Shown piece by piece: positions 34,894-40,688 of a stretch of DNA of 40,688 nucleotides; the stretch's first letter is position 1; each line of letters begins with the position of its first letter. Both the position numbers and the translations under genes were made by a program. The DNA is taken from NCBI GenBank assembly GCA_049423385.1, contig JBMSQQ010000023.1, positions 1 through 40,688 on the forward strand. Reading direction: 5' to 3'. The stretch comes from Silvanigrellaceae bacterium. Its GTDB lineage: Bacteria > Bdellovibrionota_B > Oligoflexia > Silvanigrellales > Silvanigrellaceae. The notes under the pieces are model-generated. The model worked only from the letters and a program-made list of their open reading frames with translations. It was not told the DNA's origin and did no database searches.

Positions 34894-35997
34894 TCAGCTC
34901 ATTGCGCCCTGTAGGTTGAATCGCTCAAAATAATCCTTGCCTCTTGCTTGGTAGATGACCTTCATGACTTCGATGACAGACGAGTAGAGGCTTGGAGGAA
35001 CTTCCTGTCCGACCTTGACCGTCTTGTAGAGTGTTCGGGCCAAGGCCCTGTTTTCGACCAGCATAATGTCATTTTTCTTGGCAATTTCTCGGATTTTCAG
35101 AGCTAGAAAATCTTGGCCCTTGGCAACAACAATTGGGGCAGACATTCCCTTCACGTAGCGGATGGCCACCGAAAAGTGCGTAGGGTTGGTGACTATGAAT
35201 GTCGCCGATGGCACTGCGGCGATGTTCTTTCTCATAATCAATTCCCGTGCCATGCGACGGCGTTGGCTTCGGACGAGCGGGTCACCTTCCTGAGCCTTGT
35301 TTTCTTCTTTGATTTCCTGCTTGCTCATCATCATTTGTCGTTCAAGCCTGAACCAACTATAGCCATAATCCGCGGCTGCGAGGATTCCAGCCGTGATTGC
35401 AGTCCAGGTCAGGAGCTTCAGCAAAGACGAGAAAAGACTGTGTCCAACCGTTGTCGAGTTTTGGAAATACAACAAGCTGCTTTGGTCCAATTCCTGTTTG
35501 CAAAAGATGTAAAGCACCGTACAAAGCACGACTCCCTTGATGATAACCTTCGCAAACTCCTCAAGTCCTCCAAAGGAAAGGAGGCGCTGAAATCCGGAGA
35601 CGAAATTCAATTTGTCTGCGTTTGGAGTTATTTTTTTCCATGACCAATTGAATTGGGTAATTGCAAGACCAATGAAAGATGGAGTCAAAGAGAGAATGGC
35701 CAGCATGCCGACTGCCAATGGCACAACTGGAGCAATCACCTGGGAGACAACATCTTGTGCGGAGATTTCTGTTTTGCTCTGGAATGCCACAAGTGCAAAA
35801 GCGCGCTGGAAAAGGTTCTTGAAAGTTGTACCAATTTGTTCGCCCGTCATGGACAGCCCGACGGTGACAATGATCAGGGTTACGGCAGCAAGTATTTCGC
35901 GCGGGTTTGCAATCTGACCCTCTTCACGATACTGCTTGCGCCGTTCTTCGGTCGCTTCTTCGGTTTTGTCTTGTTGGCTCTCTTCGCGCTCTTCCAC
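34894..35997 (-). CDS. flhB: Flagellar export switch protein FlhB (GTG start)
   Basis: KTEEAT, REEGQI, MSKQEIKEE.K..EGDP, autocleavage motif TNPTH, PIVVAKG. Confidence 0.96.
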   Translation of the reverse strand: MEEREESQQDKTEEATEERRKQYREEGQIANPREILAAVTLIIVTVGLSMTGEQIGTTFKNLFQRAFALVAFQSKTEISAQDVVSQVIAPVVPLAVGMLAILSLTPSFIGLAITQFNWSWKKITPNADKLNFVSGFQRLLSFGGLEEFAKVIIKGVVLCTVLYIFCKQELDQSSLLYFQNSTTVGHSLFSSLLKLLTWTAITAGILAAADYGYSWFRLERQMMMSKQEIKEENKAQEGDPLVRSQRRRMARELIMRKNIAAVPSATFIVTNPTHFSVAIRYVKGMSAPIVVAKGQDFLALKIREIAKKNDIMLVENRALARTLYKTVKVGQEVPPSLYSSVIEVMKVIYQARGKDYFERFNLQGAMS

Positions 35998-36009
35998 ACG
36001 TCACCTCAA

Positions 36010-36822
36010 TCAGTGTTTGGGCTCAAAAGCCTTTTGGACCTTGGAGAACACGGCAATCTCTTCGATGCCAGCATGTTCACCCATGAGTCGGACAAAGGCT
36101 GATGCGGAAAAAAAGAGAACAATCATGCTGACAATAAAACTCACGGGAAAACTGATAACAAACGCATTGAGTTGGGGGAGCGTGCGATTCAAAAGGCCGA
36201 GGGCAATGGTGATGCTGGTTTGGATCAGCAGCAGTGGACCGGCAATGCGGATGCCAATCTCGAAGCTTGCTGTCACGGTCTTCATGATGATTCCAAGGAG
36301 GATTTGTGGATCAGCTTCCATTGCAAATGGGATCGTCCGAAAAGAAGTCACGATTCCCTGAATGAACACATGGTGAATGTTGAACACGAGGATCAGGATG
36401 GTCACAAGCCAAACCTTCAAAGAGGAAAAGGGCGACTCCTGGGATCCTGTCTGTGGCGAAAACAAGGTGGCAGTCTGGAAGCCCATGTTGACACCAACAA
36501 TATTCGAGCCGATGGATGCGGCGAAGGTCAGAATTTTTGCAGCAAAACCGATCGAAAATCCAAAGAAAACCTCGCGCATGGTTGCAATTGCAAGCGTGAT
36601 CGGACTCCACTGGATGAAGCCAGGTGTGGCTTGAAGATTTTTTTCAACCACAGGCCAGATGCACAGACTTAGAGTCAGTGCGAGAAGAATTCGAATTCTG
36701 GCAGGAATGTTTGAATCGCCAAAGACAGGAAGAAAAAAAAGTACGCTCACAATCCGCAGGAACAGCATCACTGCGAATGGCCAAACTTTTGGATCAAGTT
36801 GGAAGAGCGTTTCGTAATTCAT
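36010..36822 (-). CDS. fliR: Flagellar export protein FliR
   Basis: FLRI...LPVFG...IPARIR, REVFFG, MGFQ, GLLNRTLPQLNAF; ATG 36822 overlaps the fliQ stop (ATGA). Confidence 0.93.
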   Translation of the reverse strand: MNYETLFQLDPKVWPFAVMLFLRIVSVLFFLPVFGDSNIPARIRILLALTLSLCIWPVVEKNLQATPGFIQWSPITLAIATMREVFFGFSIGFAAKILTFAASIGSNIVGVNMGFQTATLFSPQTGSQESPFSSLKVWLVTILILVFNIHHVFIQGIVTSFRTIPFAMEADPQILLGIIMKTVTASFEIGIRIAGPLLLIQTSITIALGLLNRTLPQLNAFVISFPVSFIVSMIVLFFSASAFVRLMGEHAGIEEIAVFSKVQKAFEPKH

Positions 36823-37094
36823 TTTTGTCGCACAATCTCCGGGATTTTCTTGAAGATGTCCTGAGTGTAGTTGCTCAATCGACGAACCATCCAAGGGCTC
36901 ATGATTGCAAAGACAGCGATCATGGCTGCGATTTTTGGCAGAAATGAAAGGGTTGCCTCGTTTATCTGTGTCGCAGCTTGAAAAATGCTGATGAGAAGGC
37001 CGACAACCAGTGCAGTCACAAGCAACGGCAAGCTCAGTTCTGCAGTGGCGTAAATTAGGCCCATAAAAATGTCGATCACTTGCTGACTGTTCAT
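36819..37094 (-). CDS. fliQ: Flagellar export protein FliQ
   Basis: LVVGLLISIFQAATQINEATLSFLPK, PWM; ATG 37094 overlaps the fliP stop. Confidence 0.95.
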   Translation of the reverse strand: MNSQQVIDIFMGLIYATAELSLPLLVTALVVGLLISIFQAATQINEATLSFLPKIAAMIAVFAIMSPWMVRRLSNYTQDIFKKIPEIVRQK

Positions 37095-37984
37095 GAGAAA
37101 CTCCTGATCAGCGATCCTGCGAGCAGGTTCCATCCGTCGACCACGACGAACAAGATGATTTTGAGTGGCAAACTGACGACTGTGGGTGGCAACATCATCA
37201 TACCCATCGCCATAAGGACGCTGCTGACAATCATGTCGATGATGATGAAGGGCAGGTAGACCAGAAATCCGATCTGGAACGCACTCTTGAGTTCACTGAT
37301 GACGAAAGAGGGAATGAGCACCCGCATCGGAATGTCTTCCGGTTTCTGAGGCACCGGGCCTTGCGAGAGACTCAGGAAAAGTTTGATGTCTTCTTTTCGC
37401 ACTTGCGCCAGCATGAAATCGCGGAGTGGGGCTTGTGCTTTGTCGAAGGCGACTTCAGCGCTGATTGTCTTCGCCATGTAGGGTGTAATGGCCGTTTCAT
37501 AAATTCGTGTTGTTGTTGGCGCCATGACAAAGTAAGTCAGGAACAACGACAGGCCAATCAAAACCTGGTTGGGTGGCATTGTTGGAGAGCCCAATGCCTG
37601 TCGAACAAATCCCAGCACAATCAGAATTCTTGTGAACGCACTGGTGAGAAGAAGGATTGCAGGAGCGAGGCTCAGTATTGTCAGAATTGCAACGATTCTC
37701 AGAGCCGGAACCAGATCATCCGAATTTTCTGAATCTCCAATGCTCAAAGAAAAAAGTGGAATTGAATTCGATTTGAGATTCGTCTTTGACGGATTCAAAC
37801 CAGGAGCACTTACGGGAGCAATTTGCGGAATTTTGTTTATTCCGGATTGAGATTGCTGAGCGGATGCAGAGAAAAGTGTTGTTCCCTGTGCATTGGCAAG
37901 AAAAGATTCGCAGACGAGAACGGTGAGGGTGATTGCCAGCACCCGAATGATTATTGATGTAAAACGTTCAATTTTTCCAATCAT
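37091..37984 (-). CDS. fliP: Flagellar export protein FliP
   Basis: LTILSLAPAILL, FTRILIVL, PPNQVLIGLSLFLT, SELKSAFQIGF, MGMMMLPP, DGWNLL. Confidence 0.97.
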   Translation of the reverse strand: MIGKIERFTSIIIRVLAITLTVLVCESFLANAQGTTLFSASAQQSQSGINKIPQIAPVSAPGLNPSKTNLKSNSIPLFSLSIGDSENSDDLVPALRIVAILTILSLAPAILLLTSAFTRILIVLGFVRQALGSPTMPPNQVLIGLSLFLTYFVMAPTTTRIYETAITPYMAKTISAEVAFDKAQAPLRDFMLAQVRKEDIKLFLSLSQGPVPQKPEDIPMRVLIPSFVISELKSAFQIGFLVYLPFIIIDMIVSSVLMAMGMMMLPPTVVSLPLKIILFVVVDGWNLLAGSLIRSFS

Positions 37985-38024
37985 TCTTGCTGCCCTGGTT
38001 GCGAACGTTGAAGAAACAATTCTC

Positions 38025-39353
38025 TTATGCCAGCGGACGGAGCTCTTTGAGTCTTTCGCGAATCATGTTTGTGACGTTTCCGGCCTCGTCCTGTGATCCT
38101 GCATTTTGTGATTGTGTTGCGGGAAGGACTCGCTTGCTTTCCTGTTCAAAGGCATTGGCAACGTATTTCGGAAATGCAGCACGGGTTTGCTTCATGGTCG
38201 ACTCGCCTTTTGATTTTGTGCTTTCAAGTGAGTCCTCGCTTTTTCTGTCACGTTGTGACTCGTTCGAAGTCACTGCTGGTGTTGTGGGCGACTCGGTCGT
38301 TATGGACGATTTGTTTCGCAGGTTTTTTTCGCGCAGGTTTTTGAGTGCGCCCATGAGCATTTCAGAGCGAGCGATTGCTGTTTCCTGGCCTGCGGACTCT
38401 TCCTTCTCGCTCGATGATGCGACAAGTCGCACTGAATCTTCGGTTGCGACTCGTTGTTGAACTTTTCTTCGTTTCGGAGTGTCTTCACCACCGTCTTCGA
38501 GGAGCGAAGCTTGCCTCTGTGGCGCAGCCATTTCAGTTAAAAGGGTGATTCCATGTTCTGTCGATGCCAGAGCGACTTCTTTGTCGCGGATCCTGACCAG
38601 GACAATTTGGCGCTTCGGCGACAAAGCCATTGAAGTCACCAATTGCAGCTGTTTCTCACCACGCGAGGAAAATGAAACTTTGCCTTGTTTCAATCGAACG
38701 GCAAGGATTCCCAGCGCAGCGATTCCAAGAATCAAAAGCCCGCCTGCTGCGAGTGTCGACCAAGGAGTCTTGTCTGCCTGTCCGAGTGGCATCAGCTGCG
38801 ATTGCAGAGCTGCGCCATTTGGTACCAGAGTGGCGGGTGTATCCGAAGGAGTGCCTTTTTCGGGTGAGGTTTTTCCGTCATTGGTCTGGGAATTGGCCTT
38901 GGCTTCGCTTGCGGATACTTGTGACACAGAGTTCTGGACTCCCGACAGTGCAGCGGTACTGGAGTCCGTTCCGGAAGAGTTAGTCTGCTGCCCGCGTGGG
39001 TCGGTGGTGTTCTGGCTGGCTGTGCCCTCTTTTGCCGGTTGGCCTTGCTGGATCAGCAGGCCATTGGCAGCGCCTGTATCGGTTGCTGACTGCATGTCGT
39101 TTCGGGCTGACTTTGCATCGACAGTCGGCGCATTTGAGGTTGCGTCGGAAGCCGGAATCGGCGGAACGGTGGCTTGCTGCAATTTGTCGCCCGTACCAAT
39201 TGAGGTCGAGACCTGTGCGACAAGGCGTGCTTCCCTGGATGCGTGCATATCGACGGGAGAAGCATGGGACAAGAACGACGAGCAAGCACCTGTGACGGCA
39301 ATTCCCTTCAGGAGTCTTGTTTTCATTCCGTGGAAAGTCTGGTTGCAAGTCAT
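38025..39353 (-). CDS. fliO: Flagellar protein FliO, unusually long (442 aa)
   Basis: Between fliN and fliP; TM (LAAGGLLILGIAALGILAV) followed by FliO core LQLVTSMALSPKRQIVLVRIRDKEVALASTEHGITLLTE. Confidence 0.85.
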   Translation of the reverse strand: MTCNQTFHGMKTRLLKGIAVTGACSSFLSHASPVDMHASREARLVAQVSTSIGTGDKLQQATVPPIPASDATSNAPTVDAKSARNDMQSATDTGAANGLLIQQGQPAKEGTASQNTTDPRGQQTNSSGTDSSTAALSGVQNSVSQVSASEAKANSQTNDGKTSPEKGTPSDTPATLVPNGAALQSQLMPLGQADKTPWSTLAAGGLLILGIAALGILAVRLKQGKVSFSSRGEKQLQLVTSMALSPKRQIVLVRIRDKEVALASTEHGITLLTEMAAPQRQASLLEDGGEDTPKRRKVQQRVATEDSVRLVASSSEKEESAGQETAIARSEMLMGALKNLREKNLRNKSSITTESPTTPAVTSNESQRDRKSEDSLESTKSKGESTMKQTRAAFPKYVANAFEQESKRVLPATQSQNAGSQDEAGNVTNMIRERLKELRPLA

Positions 39354-39382
39354 TTTGAATCCCCAAGTGATGATCGATTTTT

Positions 39383-39787
39383 TTAAACAGCTTCTGGCGG
39401 ATGCACGTCTTCAATGCCTAGTCCACTCATGACGTCGGTCAGACGCACACCGAACTTTTCGTTGACAACAACGACTTCACCCATTGCGACGAGTTTATCG
39501 TTCACATAGATTTCCATCGGTTCACCGGCCATCTTGTCGAGTTCAATCACTGAACCCTGGCCCAATTGCAGCAGGTCATTGACAAGCAGTTTTGTTCTGC
39601 CCAGTTCAACTGTGACCTTGAGCGGAACATCAAGAACCATTTTCATTCTGGAAAGATCGACCCTGCTCATCGCATTGTCGTCACCGTATTTGTGCAAGCT
39701 TGAACTTTCGGAAGTTCCTGAATCCGCGCCTGCTTTGCTTTCGAGTCCAAAGTCCTCTGGACTGAATCCTTGATTGTTGTCTTCCAT
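39383..39787 (-). CDS. fliN: Flagellar motor switch protein FliN
   Basis: LDVPLKVTVELGRT, LGQGSVIELDK.AGEP, GEVVVVNEKFGVRLTD; start ATG 39787 or GTG 39790. Confidence 0.96.
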   Translation of the reverse strand: MEDNNQGFSPEDFGLESKAGADSGTSESSSLHKYGDDNAMSRVDLSRMKMVLDVPLKVTVELGRTKLLVNDLLQLGQGSVIELDKMAGEPMEIYVNDKLVAMGEVVVVNEKFGVRLTDVMSGLGIEDVHPPEAV

Positions 39788-40688
39788 CACAAATCTCCCA
39801 TTGTTTCTGTAATTTTTACGGCGCGATTTCCACGCACAATTCCAGGAACTCCCCTGAACTTGTGAACACCTTCAATTGTGACCTCGAGCGGCTTGTTTGC
39901 TTCGTGGTCCAGAATGATGATGTCACCCACGCTCAACTCCATCATGTCCCTCAGATTGATCCACGCTGTCCCAAGGGTGCAGGCCACATTCACGTGAGTA
40001 CCAAGCAGCTGATTCTTGATGCGATTGATCCAGATGTGGTCGACTTCAAGTTGCTCGTTTTGGAATCCGACGCTGAGTTTCGATTTGATGGGTTCCAGAG
40101 TTGAATATGGAATCACCAATTTTATCGATCCACTCATTTTTTCAAGTTCGACATCGAAGGTCGTTGAGATGACCACGTCCGAAGGGGGAACCACTGCGAC
40201 GAATTGCGGGTTGATCTCAGTTCGTGAGTAGTGGATCTTGAGCGGGAATACAGGAGCCCATGCTTTCTCAAGGTCGTCGATCGCTGCCATGACAATTCGT
40301 CTGGCAATCTTGATTTCAATTTGTGTGAAGTCTTTGCCTTCAATCTTGGTATAGGGAACTTCGCCCCCGCCAAAAAGGCTGTCGACAAGTCCATAAAGAA
40401 GCTTGGCTTCAATCACCATGACAGCAGAGCCGCGGAGTGGATCAACGCGAAGGATGTTCAAGCAACTTGGCAATGGCAAACTGTTCATGAATTCGCCAAA
40501 CTTGATTGGTCCGCTGCTGTTCACGCCAATGTTGGCAACTTTTCGCAATGCGGCCGAAAGTGACACCCGGAATAAACGGATAAAGCGGTCATGGATGATG
40601 TCGAGCGTCGGCATTCTACCGCGGATGATCCTGTCCTGGTTGGTCAGGTCATAGCGGACAAAATTGTTTTCCTGCGCCTTGTCATCGC
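39787..40688 (-). CDS. fliM: Flagellar motor switch protein FliM (5' end outside window)
   Basis: Frame stays open to the window edge: YDLTNQDRIIRGRMPTLDIIHDRF, DSLFGG, EINPQF, IPYSTLEPI, C-terminal SpoA-like domain. Confidence 0.95.
   Translation of the reverse strand, partial: DDKAQENNFVRYDLTNQDRIIRGRMPTLDIIHDRFIRLFRVSLSAALRKVANIGVNSSGPIKFGEFMNSLPLPSCLNILRVDPLRGSAVMVIEAKLLYGLVDSLFGGGEVPYTKIEGKDFTQIEIKIARRIVMAAIDDLEKAWAPVFPLKIHYSRTEINPQFVAVVPPSDVVISTTFDVELEKMSGSIKLVIPYSTLEPIKSKLSVGFQNEQLEVDHIWINRIKNQLLGTHVNVACTLGTAWINLRDMMELSVGDIIILDHEANKPLEVTIEGVHKFRGVPGIVRGNRAVKITETMGDL

Noticed and set aside
38479..39432. 317-aa + strand ORF antisense to fliO
   Set aside because: Shadow frame of a low-complexity coding gene; no recognisable motif.
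1..40688. CRISPR arrays, rRNA/tRNA genes, IS elements
   Set aside because: No spaced direct repeats, structural RNA signatures or transposase/integrase ORFs seen; intergenic gaps are at most about 210 bp.

Overview
Gene-dense bacterial chromosomal window in three blocks. (1) 1-8340, + strand: distal spc operon and alpha operon (rplE 3' end, rpsN, rpsH, rplF, rplR, rpsE, rpmD, rplO, secY, adk, infA, rpmJ, rpsM, rpsK, rpsD, rpoA, rplQ), ending in a strong intrinsic terminator. (2) 8422-25438, mixed genes: RlmM-like methyltransferase; a histidine ammonia-lyase with an Ala-Cys-Gly rather than Ala-Ser-Gly MIO triad; two abutting large membrane-anchored proteins that look like catalytically dead sulfatase-fold proteins; a beta-barrel / lipoprotein / phosphosugar mutase / SDR operon; an adenosine deaminase-family enzyme; a GYF_2-PilZ protein with a helical partner; and a small secreted protein. 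(3) 25424-40688, - strand: a flagellar operon (fliM partial, fliN, fliO, fliP, fliQ, fliR, flhB, flhA, flhF, flhG, fliA, cheY). It continues by translational coupling into a degenerate PilZ protein, a SwrB/DUF2802-like membrane protein and two OmpA-family paralogues, one canonical and one degenerate. Gene order and content suggest a deltaproteobacteria-like lineage, probably Bdellovibrionota/Oligoflexia (inference only). I saw no rRNA, tRNA, CRISPR array or mobile element. All family calls come from reading motifs by eye; no searches were run.
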